Part shown: positions 49,972-61,542 of the stretch, in pieces
Position numbering within the stretch: the first letter of the stretch is position 1
Layout: every line of letters begins with the position of its first letter
From: Macrostomum hystrix
Taxonomy: Eukaryota > Animalia > Platyhelminthes
Direction: 5' to 3'
Assembly (NCBI GenBank): GCA_950097015.1
Contig: CATNEN010000008.1
Coordinates: 3,348,001 to 3,412,000 of the forward strand
DNA length: 64,000 nucleotides
Position numbers and translations under genes: made by a program
Notes under the pieces: model-generated
What the model saw: only the letters and a program-made list of their open reading frames with translations
Database searches by the model: none
Told to the model about the DNA's origin: nothing

Positions 49972-51661
49972 GCTCAATAGAATGGTCGGTATGTGCATCT
50001 TACTTACTTTTGACAGTCTCTGGTTATGGGCTATCTATGGTTTATATATATATATGTGCAAGCACCGAGCGAGTAGAAAACATATATGTATCAAAGTTAG
50101 AGAGTTGATTTCCTATTAGGTGCAACAAGTAGCAGATCTAAATATATAGCTAGCCACTTCCATGTTCATCTAAACCAAAATTTCACAATGGAATTACTAT
50201 ACAAAATAAGGAGATGGAAATGTATGCTTGTGTAAAAAACATTTAGACTGTACCAGATATTGATATTTAGATAGCACCAAGGCTAAGCGAGAATTTTCAA
50301 AAGGAATTACAAGTGCAAAAATGTGTAAAAGGATATATGATATGTAAATACTTAATGTAGAAATTAAGTAACAAAATTATATTAAAAAAGACAAACAATA
50401 CCTTAAGACTAAATAATTGTATATAATGTTTAGATTTTTATGAGGTAGATAATAACAAAGAAAAGTAAAAAGCGAGTCATTTTAGTGGATAAAATTATGT
50501 TTGCTAGCTATTGATTGATTAATAAAGAGTATTGAATTCTATATATTAATATGTGCTTGTTTTTTAGTATGCAAGGCAATGCTTATTTAAGAGGTAGATT
50601 GTAAAAACATTTATTACTCAGAACTTTTATTCATTATAACAATGAATTCAATGCAGTTTCCAATGCTTATGCATATAATTTATTTGAAAAATGTATTTGG
50701 TTTTTTGAACTAGGAAACAATTCACTGGCTCTAAAATATAGCATTTAGAAACTTAGTTGGTACCCATAGTCCGGATCATGCTGGACTTACGCCGGAGGAA
50801 AAATCCAACATTTTTTGGCACTTACGCCAGACTTACGCCAACCAAAAAAGGTCCCTCTGACTTACGCCACCCAAAAAAAGGTCCTTCACAAATCATGTTA
50901 ATCGGTGATTAATTAAATTCAGAAATTGCAACTGTTTAAAAATCTCACAAGTTGCAAATTCTTAATCAAGTATCAAAGTAAGCATCTTAAAGCTAAAAAA
51001 ACTTTTGCTATCCTACAATAGATATTCTGCTATCTCATTTATACGAACTGCAATATTTTAATGAACTTTGTTTTAATGCTGCTCCAAATTAACGCAAACA
51101 TCATAATTAACGCAAATGTGTTATGTTCTATAGTGATACATTTGATCGTGAATGATCTCATTTGTGCTAACATTTACGCCACTTGATTTATGCCATGTAC
51201 TTACGCCAAGCACTTACGCCAAGGCACATTTTGGCCTATACTTACGCCAAGCACTTACGCCAGCCTCCGATCCCAAACCAGATTTACGCCGGAGATCTCC
51301 GGCGTAAACGACATGATCCGGACTATGGGTTGGTACAATGATATATATAGAAGCAATTTAATATAAAGTTAATATGAATGCAAAAAGTTTTGATTTATTA
51401 AGAGGTGAATTTCTTCTCAGAGAGCCAAGAGGTAATTTGCCTCTGAAGTAAACTCTAAATTATCTCTAAAGTAAACTTCTGAGAGCCCACTAAGGAATTC
51501 TGTGTAAGAGTTGTTTTTTAACATAGATAGAAACAGCCAATAATTATGTATGAAAAGTTAGGTAAAACTATAGTGGTCTTTTAATTTTACAAGTTTTTTT
51601 CACCTTTTCACTAAGCACAAGGTAGGCACCCTATTTTGTTGTTGTTATAGTTCTATAAAAA
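49972..51661. repeat. Dispersed direct repeat, copy 1 (upstream of DENND1-like)
   Basis: Colinear with 57324-58209 apart from the MITE and a block of about 190 bp present only here. Confidence 0.9.
50764..51328. mobile_element. 565-bp non-autonomous DNA transposon (MITE) with 8-bp TSD
   Basis: 17-bp perfect TIR CCATAGTCCGGATCATG; TSD GTTGGTAC at 50756-50763 and 51329-51336; empty site at 57866-57873; many subterminal (C/T)TTACGCC repeats. Confidence 0.9.
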
Positions 51662-54164
51662 CCTGATAGAGTTATGTAAACTTAATGTCAACCATGAAGA
51701 GATGGTAAGCCACAACCTTGTCCACTAACTGCTTTGTAATTCTCTTGAATGTCAAAATCTGTAGACAGCTTGGCAACATTATTTACTAGATCCAACATTA
51801 TTATTCAAGCCATTGACTTACTTTATTGCTTTTTATTTTACATAAAGTTTCTTTACACCTTTGTCAATTATGACTATAAATAACTTTATGTGCAAAAGAA
51901 AAAGAGTGCCAAAATAAAATTAATTAATTAAGTAAAAAATTTGCTGGATGTAAACTTCACTATGCTTCACTAGAATAACCAGGATTTTTGTCTTGGGGGC
52001 TAATATTCAATTGGCCATGTATCTATTAGCCAATGCCAATGGAAGTTGTAGCCTAAGCTAACTGAGTCATTTTGCAATAGGCAGTTAAAAGCAAGACCCC
52101 CTAGGGTCAGACACTCCATACATTAGCAATATCAAGCCAACACAATTGCAACAAAAAGTATACTTTAAATATGAAATTTTGAGTTTAATTTCATACTTTT
52201 TTTCAAACTATATACTAAATATTCATTTAGCCATGAATTATATACTATATTTAATGTACAACTGTATTTTTCTGCTGCCTACAATTTGCAAATGACTTAG
52301 CCAGTGGGGTATTCTAAACAAAAATGGGAAAAAGTAAATCAGCACATCATCACATGATGCAATGTTTTTTATTATTCACAGGCTCTTGAATGCTAAAATA
52401 GCTTGGATATGAAAAATGTGTTTTAAGTTCTACGTTAAAAGATAAAGATATTAAATTAGGGCCTATACTTACATTATACATAAGTCAAAACACATAAAAA
52501 AGTCACTTTCATTTTTCCAGTGACATTATTTCTATAAATAAAAGGCTCCTTTTACTATCTGCTTATTTCTAAACTCTATCAACAACTCTCTGCAAAAAAC
52601 GGGTTTACATACGTGAGAAAGGGATCTTGCAAGCTGTTACCTGGTATGACGGTGGTAATCGTGACGTTAAAGACTAAGACTTCAGAACAAACCAAAATCT
52701 AATCTTCCTAGAAAGAATCAGTTTTTAATTTAAAGCAACCTACAGGGTTCGTAAAGTCTACTTAAAACGGCGTATCTTAACAAAATCATATGTTTAGGCA
52801 GCTGTTTTTGTTTTTACATTTATGTATAATTCAAGTAAAACATTTTTGTTTTATAGCGTCCTAAAACAATATAAGGAAAAGTTTACTCAGACAGTTTATT
52901 GACGTATCCGGATTTTTTACTTGACTTGAATGCAATTACTTGGTATTCGGTACGTTTAGTGTGTTAAAATCTAGAGATGGTTGTGTGCAGCACTCGCTTT
53001 AAAAAGTAAGTAAGCGTTAAAGTTATAGTTTCACTTTGTCCATCTCACTTCAATTTCCATTTTAATAGGCAGAAATAATCAATCATATCATGTTAGGAAG
53101 TTAATAGTTAAATGAATGACAAATTTTTTATGCGCATCGATAGTTGTATAGGACGTCAAAATTTAGAATTCGACTGTCTATTACTGTCTATTACTGCTGC
53201 TATTACTGAAAGTGCTAAAAACAAGAGAGTATTTATTTAACCTCCTCGCTTCATTTATACCTTTAGTCAAGTTTTTACCAAATAGCACACAGGAAATTAA
53301 AAAAAGACTAATGATAATCACTAAATTACACCTCAGTTAAGTGTTAAGTTGAATGAGCAACAACAATAATTTATAATTTAGTCAACCTTAGGAAAATGAC
53401 TATCATTATAATTTAGTATAAATGTAATAATTTAGTAATGAAAAAATACACATGCAGCAATAAAAAGACTATTGATAGAAACATTTTAGTACAGGATAAA
53501 TAAGACAAAAAACTGGGTAAATTTCAGGTAATAAAAATTAAAAGAAGAAAGTGCACGATAACGTCACACAACGGACAACGGTAAATAAGCAACATCATCC
53601 TCCAGTGGGAAATTTCCAATAAAAACAGAAGACAATAAAAGAGCGAACTACAGTAATATATAAATAAAGTGTGCGAACTTTATGATAAAAAAACTGTCGC
53701 CACGCTGGGTGATTTAAAATTGAAAAAGATCAGGCAACAAAAGAACAGTGATTCAACGCAAAATAGGGCGTTCTTATTTACAAATAGTGATTAAAATCAA
53801 TCGAGAATACATATATGGGAAATAAAACAAAGATGAATAATTCAACGCTGACTAAACTTAGTGTCGACGACAATTAGTAGAAGTGCAAACATGCAAACAT
53901 TAAAATGTGGGCCTGGAAAATGTACAAGCGAATCGAATAAAAGAAGCTTGAGCAGCCTATAAGCGTATAAGAGGCCGCATAATCAGATTAACAATTGGTG
54001 ATTCGTGTTTTAATAGTTTAATAAAAAAACTCGCATGCAAGCAACAATTATTCACAAAATGCTTAGCAGTATAAAGTATAATTTAACATAGAGAATTATA
54101 TAACCAGCTAGCAGATACAAAAATGCTGCAAAAATAGGCTTTTAATCGTGCTACTACTGCTTTT

Positions 54165-56446
54165 TTAGGACGCATTCAGCAGCGAGGTGAATCGCACCCC
54201 TTTCTGCACAAAGATGTTGGAATAGGGTCCATCATTCTGTTGCAGTTCCACGCCGCGCACCTTGCACAAGGTTAGCAGGGTGTAAAATTTGGCAGCAGCA
54301 GCTTTGCGCGTATTGCCTGCGGTCAGCTCAGCCACGGTGCACGGCTCGGCTGCCGACCGGCCCTCCAGCCTCAGCTGCAGCACCTTCAGCATGGCGGCGC
54401 CGCGGCGCTCTGTGCGCGCCTCCTCCGTGGCCTCTTCGACATCTTCGCAAGTGATCTGCCGGTCCAGATCCTCTTCGGCTGACAGGCCGGCCGGGTTGAA
54501 CACACTGGGCGGGCCGCCCACTTGGTCCACAATTTCTGTGTCGCCGTGGTGAAATGGAAACGGCGTATGGCCGCCGCCGTGCAGCGGAACGCTGGCCGGA
54601 ATCAGCGGCTGATCAGCCGGGCCGGAAGAGGCGATCAGCGGGTCCGTGTTGGTGCTGATGAGGCCGTGGCTTAGCTCCTCGCGAATAGGCGTCATCTCCA
54701 CAGTCTCGTGGTGCTGATGATGATGACTGGGAGTCTCGGAGGTGATGAGCTCCTGCAGGTCGCGCATATCGGCGTCCTCATCCTCAGCGGCGGCTGCGGC
54801 AGCGGCTGCGGCGGCCGCGGCGGCGGCGTCGGATCCGGCGGCAGCCGGGCGAGTTTTGGCGTTCTGCAGGAACAGGCGCAACAGTCGGTCGCTGATGCTC
54901 AGCCGGGCCGTGTGAGACATCAGGCGATCAACGCTGCCAGTCTCCTTGTACTGCATCAGTTTCTTAGTTGGCGGGGCCAGGTCTAGCACGGTGACGATCT
55001 CGGACGTGTCCTGCATGTGCGCCTTCATCAGCTCGGATGGGATGGATTTCTGATCGTCTATGATTAGCCGGCGACGCCGGGCCCTGCGAGCAACGACGTG
55101 GCTGCGCACGCTGGGCTCCGAGGGTCCGCTAGCTCCGTGCTGCTGATGACCCTGGTGCTGCTGATGCTGATGAGTGGTAGTGGAGGCTGAGGAAATGTCC
55201 GGCAGCGGCGGCAGTGCGTAGCGGGACTCCTGCTCGGTGAGCACACTGGCCGGATGCTGGGCTGTCGTGGGCGGCGGCTGCAAGTCGATCTCAGACAGGA
55301 CATTGTCAAAGTGCCGCTTTGTGGTAATGTCGTCGAACAGGTCGGTAGGCTCGAAGTCTCCGCCGAAGCCGTCCTCTTCATCGTCATCGTCGCCGCCGCC
55401 GCCGGCTAGTAGGCTGAGATCGTCGGCGGCGTTCTCCATGTCAACCAGAGTGTTGTCCTGGTGCTGCTGGTTCGAGTGCCGGCTGCGGCCGATGCTGCCG
55501 ATGTCGTCAGCCTGGCCCGTGCTGTTGGCACCCTGTTGGCAGGCGAGTGTTCAGAAGCAAATGAGGCACTTTTTTGCACTAGCAAAACACTGGTACTAAC
55601 AGCTTTTGCACTAGCCTTGCTTAGTTCTTAAAAAAATAATACAAGCCGCACCAAGCCACACCTGCAATCACTCCCTTCACCCTTCAGCTAGCAGCCACCC
55701 CTGCAACCACTCCCTTCACCCTTCAGCTAGCAGCCACCCCTGCAACCACTCCCTTCACCCTTCAGCTAGCAGCCACCCCTGCAACCACTCTCTTCACCCT
55801 TCAGCTAGCAGCCACCCCTGCAACCAATACCTCTATACCAATACAACCAATACCCTTCATCTAGGCATCCCTGCAATGCTAGCGCCGCAGCTGCACTAAC
55901 CTGAGAATAGAGGCTCTCAGCGCCAGCGTCTCGCATAGTTTCAAGAGCCGACTCGCCAAAGTCATCGTCAGGCCTGCCTAAATTGATCTCAGCGTCGCCG
56001 GCATCAAGCTCCTTCATGGTGATGTCCTCAGGCCGGCTGGTGTGGACCACTGGCACACTCAGCTGATCGGCGATGTGAGTCAGATCTTCGGATTCGAAGT
56101 CTTGCAGATTGTCCGGCAAAGTGATGGCAGCGGCGGCGGCTTCGCGACTTTTCTCCGGCAGGTCGACAGCGCCAGGACGGAAGGCCATCTTGATCTTGAC
56201 GTAGGCCTCGTTGCAATCGGCCAGCAGGTACTTGGTTTTGCGATTGTAGATTTTCACAACGCCAAGCAGGAGGTGACCGGAGGTGCGCAGAGCCATCTTT
56301 ACTTTGGGCTCCAGGATGGCCTCCACGCTAGAGGAGATGTTGGTCTCGAATACGTGTGCCTTTGTTAACTTCTTGTCCCAATGTGCTGCGAGCCAGATCT
56401 TGGCTAGCGGGCCCTTCTTGGTGAGCACAAAGTGCGCGTAAAACAT
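54165..56446 (-). CDS. RAD21: Cohesin kleisin subunit RAD21; exons 55901-56446 and 54165-55532 (about 637 aa)
   Basis: N-terminus [34 protein letters not shown]; STAG-binding region RRLIID...[11 protein letters not shown]; C-terminal winged helix [12 protein letters not shown]...PYSNI. Phase-0 intron CAG|GTTAGT to AACAG|GGT. Confidence 0.97.
55668..55825 (+). repeat. 39-bp minisatellite in the RAD21 intron
   Basis: CCACCCCTGCAACCACTCCCTTCACCCTTCAGCTAGCAG, about 4 copies. Confidence 0.9.
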
Positions 56447-57323
56447 TCTGCTGCTATTTTGATTTCTTTTTGCGACTCAACTGTTGATTGCGTATTGGCT
56501 GCGGTATAATGATAAGGTTTAATTTTTTAGCGCCACAAAAGCCAGCTATAAAAAAATAATTGTTCATAGTTATGAAAATAGTTGATGATGCAATTTAATT
56601 CATAAATATTAAGCTTCATTTGTACAAATTCTGCTAGACTAAACAGGTCTTTAGAATATTATTAACAATTGTGGCTTTCATGGCATCTAGATCAGCCTTT
56701 TGAAACTGAGAAAATATCAATACCAGAGTAGCAGAGAAAGTCCCTCTTTTAAAACTTTTTAATAGCTTGGTGCACTATAATTATTTTGTAACAATATGCA
56801 TGAATAAAGCTATACTATACAGAAACACTGGAAGCTACCAGGCATTTTAAGTCTTGAAGTAGTTAATGTGCTTTAACAAAAGCTAGCAATAGGGATACTT
56901 ATTAAAAAAATACAAAGTAAGATAAGGTAGGCATCTGCTATTTAACAACTTTGTAGCTTATTCAAAGAACTGCATAAAATATAGTCAGTGTAATTCACAT
57001 GGTGCTATTAGTGTTGGCTTTATTTACATAAATCTGTGTTACATATGTTCACCACATGGCAGCTTGCTGGAAAAAGCCAAAAAATGCACACATTGTATAT
57101 GGTATGCTATGCCAATGCCACCAAATGGAACAATAGCTACATATATGTATAATGATTACTCTAGTGAATTTGACCTCCTATATTTATATGTACAAGATTT
57201 GCTTTTAACTAGTATGCATTAAAAAAATAAAAAATGAAAAAATAAGATGAATAAGTCATGCTTAAATTTTCAAAATCTGTTTAAGAGCACAATAATGCAG
57301 AATAATTTTCTGCATTGCAAAAT

Positions 57324-58209
57324 GCTCAATAGAATGGTTGGCATGCGTATCTTACTTTTTGACAGTCTCTGGCTATGGGCTATCTATATATATGTGCAAG
57401 CACCAAGTAAGTAGAAGTCATATATGTATCAAAGTTTTAGAGTTGATTTCCTATTAAGTGCAACAAGTAGCAGATCTAAATATATAGCTAGCCACTTCCA
57501 TGTTCATCTATACCAAAATTTTACAATGGAATTACTACAAAATAAAGAGATGGAAATGCATGCTTGTGTAAAAAACATTTAGACTGTACCATATATTGAT
57601 ATTTAGATAGCACCAAGGCTAAGTGAGAATTTTCAAAAGGAATTACAAGTGCAAAAATGTGTAGAAAGATATATGATATGTAAATACTTAATGTAGAAAT
57701 TAAGTAACAAAATTATATTAAAAAGGACAAACAATACCTTAAGACAAAATAATTGTATATAATGTTTAGATTTTTATGAGGTAGATAACTTATTTGAAAA
57801 TTTTAATGGATTTTATGAACTAAGAAACTATTCACTAGCTCTAAAATATAGCATTTAGTAAATTGGTTGGTACAATACTATATATAGAAGCCATTCAAAA
57901 TAAAGTTTATATCAATGCAAAAAGTTTTAATTCATTAAGATATGAATTTCTTCTCAGAGAGCTAAGAAGCAATTTGCCTCTAAAGTAAACTCTAAAATAT
58001 CTCTAAAGTAAACTTCTGAGAGCCCATTTAAGAATTCTATATAAAAGTCATTCTTTTTAACATAGCTAGAAACAGCAAATAATTATATATAAAGAGCTAA
58101 GTAAAAATATAGTGGTATTTTAATTTTCCATGTTTTTACACTTTTAAGCAATGCCAACTATGACTGGCACAAGGTAGACTATTTCATTGTTGTTATGCAT
58201 CTATAAAAA
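57324..58209. repeat. Dispersed direct repeat, copy 2 (upstream of RAD21)
   Basis: Shares long identical runs with 49972-51661, e.g. GTGCAACAAGTAGCAGATCTAAATATATAGCTAGCCACTTCCATGTTCATCTA. Confidence 0.9.
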
Positions 58210-58276
58210 TTGACTATAGCCAACACCTTTGGCATATGGCATATAATATACAATGTGCACTTGTGTTAGCCTACTG

Positions 58277-58535
58277 GGGGGGGGTAGGCAAACTTATTTG
58301 CTGGCGGCCAAAGAGAGAACCTAAAACATGACAGCAGGCTGCATTGACTGTATAAATATGAGATAGGGGAGAGATGAGACACAGGAAAGATAGGACACGA
58401 GAGTGATGAGACACAGGAGAGATTAGACACAAGAGAGATGAAACAGGACACTGTAGATGTCAGAAGGGCAACAGGCTGCATTTGGGAGCTTCGAGGGCCG
58501 CATCTGGCCCATGGGCCAGAGTTTGCCGACCCCTG
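58277..58535. mobile_element. hAT-Charlie-like MITE
   Basis: Right end reads CAGGGGTCGGCAAACT...GGCCCATGGGCC on the minus strand; left end GGGGTAGGCAAACT is degenerate; flanks GCCTACTG / GCCTATTG (8 bp, 1 mismatch). Confidence 0.6.
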
Positions 58536-59389
58536 GCCTATTGCAACAATTTGCCATATAGTTAAGGTAGGTATTATGAATGTGAGGCTCTATAGATAAG
58601 TGCACTTCATAAAAATAATAAAAATTCTGCATTACATAACACTCAAATAAGCTAATATAATTTATCCAATTTAGAATAATAAAAACTGCAACATATAGGC
58701 ATAGTTATATTTAGTTAATAAACATGGCTGCAGTTTGAACAAAAATATGATACAATCAAAATAAAACCCTGATATTTGAGCACCTGACAGAGCAAGCTAG
58801 CTAACTACTGGTCAATTTGATGACAGCATTTGATGAAGTGCCTAGGATCCAATACTTATTTGTTTTTTGCTTGCAAGAATTTAAGAGTGAGACAAAATCC
58901 ATAGCTATCCTGTACAACAAATTATTTTGGGTAGGCCTAGGCCTGTTACTGTGTATCATAAACTAAAAATTTCACCTATTATCAAATAGCAAAACATACA
59001 AAAGAGTTTTAGAAAGAGTAGGGCCTAAATGCTATAAGAAATCTCTGAAGTCATATTTTAGGCTCCAGCCAAAATCATCATCTTCTAAATTGACATGCAG
59101 GTTGTAAAAAAAACATTATCTAAATCCTCATATTGCTCATATTGGACAATGTGACATTCACAAAATTGTCATATTGTCATTTTATTGGCTCTGCAAACAG
59201 CTTTGTTGAAAGCATAAGCGAAGCAAAACATACATACAGCCCTACAAAAATAATGTCATTTGAGCTACTCAAAGTACATTGCACATTACATGGCATGTGC
59301 ACTGAATTTTGTTCAGCATTTTCCCTTCTATTGCATCATCACTCCATAGCAATGCCAATTATTAGCATGATGCACACATGCACAAGTAT

Positions 59390-59990
59390 ACTGATACTAT
59401 AGTTCAAGTTTTTGTGCATGCTGTGAGTTTTATCTCACAGTTTCATATTACTCTTAGGAAAGTCTCAGCATGACTATGCTACTGTACTGAGGTGCCTCCA
59501 GCTGCATCTTGGCGAGGTTGTTCCTAAGGCAGCAATTTTTTATTTTGAAGGTGCTATGTTGCAAGCAATTCATGAAGTTTTCCCCCACCACAAAGAATCA
59601 GGGCTGTCTGTTTCACTACAGTCAAGTTGTCTGGCATTGAATCCAACAAGATAGTCTGGCTCAAGCATTTAGGAGTCATGAACCAACAAAGGACTACTGT
59701 CAACAGATTCTGCCAGCTGAGCACATGGAGGTTGCATTTGGCAAGATAATTATAGCCACAAATGATGCCAGGCTGTTCTGACTTGGCAAGTACATTGAGA
59801 CAACTTGTTTGACGCATTGTGTGTGGTCAAAAAAGGATGTCAAAATATTTCAGCAACAAGTTCATACAAATAATGAAGTGAGATAGCTGAAGAACAGAGC
59901 AGGCCATGCAAAGTTCCCACAGTACATGTTGCTTCAGCTTCTGCCTAAGTTGCCGCTGTGCGGGCTGAACAAGTGCTTCAAGGCTCAGAA
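59390..59990 (+). pseudogene. Degenerate Mutator-like (MULE) transposase fragment
   Basis: Hand translation: LLGKSQHDY...IFYFEGAMLQAIHEVFP /frameshift/ GCLFHYSQVVWH*IQ...YIETTC...HTNNEV. This follows the MULE motifs DFE.A..A...VFP, GC.FHY.Q..WR.IQ and RTNN. Confidence 0.75.
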
Positions 59991-60204
59991 AGTAGAGATC
60001 ATCATGCTAAATATGAGGAGCTTCAGACAACTCAGTGACCTGTAGAGACTGTATAAAACTAGACAGCTGTCCATCTGCAGATTCCTGTGTGCCAGATTCG
60101 GCTGCAACATGAAGGCATTCATCATTAAATTGCTTAATTTGACTTATAGCTCCAAACAATTGCACAATATTAGGCCCTATTCAACAGTGTGTGTTAGTTG
60201 TGCT

Positions 60205-61542
60205 CAGTGGCGGCACAGGGGGGGGGCGGGGGGGGGGGCGGGCTGCCCCCAGGTGACCAACCCTCACCACCCTCAGGGGGTGACCACCCACTTAAAAAAA
60301 ATTGGTACTTTACCATATTTTTTCAAAAGTGTGGTCACCCCATGGGGCATGGGGTGACCATTTTCAACGTCGTTCAAAAGGCTTTTCAACGGAGAGGATT
60401 GGGTCTTGACTCAACTAAGGTTCGTGTTGTTGGGCTTGAGCGCTTTTTGAATCAGTCACGAGATGTTGTCAGTGATGCAGTCCATGAGGCAGAGTCCCTC
60501 TGTGAGAAAATGGGGGTCACGATGGAGAAACGCATGCCACAATGAAAGAGGATGCCAGGAGAGAACGCCAAGGATGCGGGCTTGACCCCAAAGGAAGAAA
60601 TTCAAAGGCAATTACTATCATCCCATGACAGGTTGTGTCAGGAGCTTTCTTCCAGATTTGACGCCATCAAATCGACCTGCGATATTTTCTGCCTCATTGA
60701 CGTCCTCTTCACAAAAAGAAACATTGGAGAGGAGGTGGAAAAAGTTGTAGAGACCTTCCCCAAGGATATCTCTAAAGACCTTGAGGTCGAAGTTCATTGA
60801 CTCCGAAGATTGGTGCCTAGCGAGATCAATGAGAAGTCCACTGCAGAGGAAGTGCTACAATGGGCTCTCAGGATGGAGCTACAGGATGTCCTGCCTAACC
60901 TCATTGTGCTGTTGTGGCTGTTTTTGACCTTGGCTCTGTCTGTTGCATCCTGCGAAAGAAGCTTTTCAAAGCTGAAGCTCATCAAGAGTTACCTACGGTC
61001 AACTATGTCTCAAGCTTGGCTTGATGGTTTCTCCATCCTTTCCATTGAGCAGGAAGAGGCCAAAGCTCTGGACTTCAGCAAAATCATCAATAGCTTTGCC
61101 AAAAAGAAGTCCCGCCTTGGTGCACTCTAGTTCAAGTAGTATGTCGCACTCGCAGTTGCTGAAAACTGAAATATTTCTGTCCATCAAGTCAACCTGGATC
61201 CGATCATCTGTTGGCCCAACCATCCAAGAGATCGACTGCACTTGTTAGGCTCAATGGGAGTGGCCATGGCCCGTGGAACCGCCTCAACTGAGGGCATGAA
61301 GATCATATGATGGAACCTGTAGGACAATCATTGGGTCATCTGAAGACTGAAGGTATTTGATTGTCTGTAAAAGTATTTTTACTATGTGCTTGAAAGTATT
61401 TACATAATTTCATTTAATTATTGAAGAGTTAAGGATCTTAGATCAACTTTATTGATAATTTTTTCTGGGGGTGACCACCTAGCCAGGGGGGGGAAACCAC
61501 CCAACCACCAACCCCCCAGCTGGAGGTCCTGCGCTGCCACTG
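60205..61542 (+). mobile_element. Internally deleted hAT (Tip100/ZMYM1-like) transposon
   Basis: TIRs CAGTGGCGGCACAGG / CCTGCGCTGCCACTG; perfect 8-bp TSD GTTGTGCT; hAT dimerization domain LSVASCERSFSKLKLIKSYLRSTMSQ (ORF 60810-61130); upstream frames broken by stops. Confidence 0.93.

Noticed and set aside
52630-52680. TTACCTGG resembling the U1 snRNA 5' end
   Set aside because: The downstream sequence does not match U1 stem-loops or an Sm site.
47763-56368. Antisense and alternate-frame ORFs over GC-rich exons of DENND1-like and RAD21
   Set aside because: Shadow ORFs expected from GC-rich codon usage.
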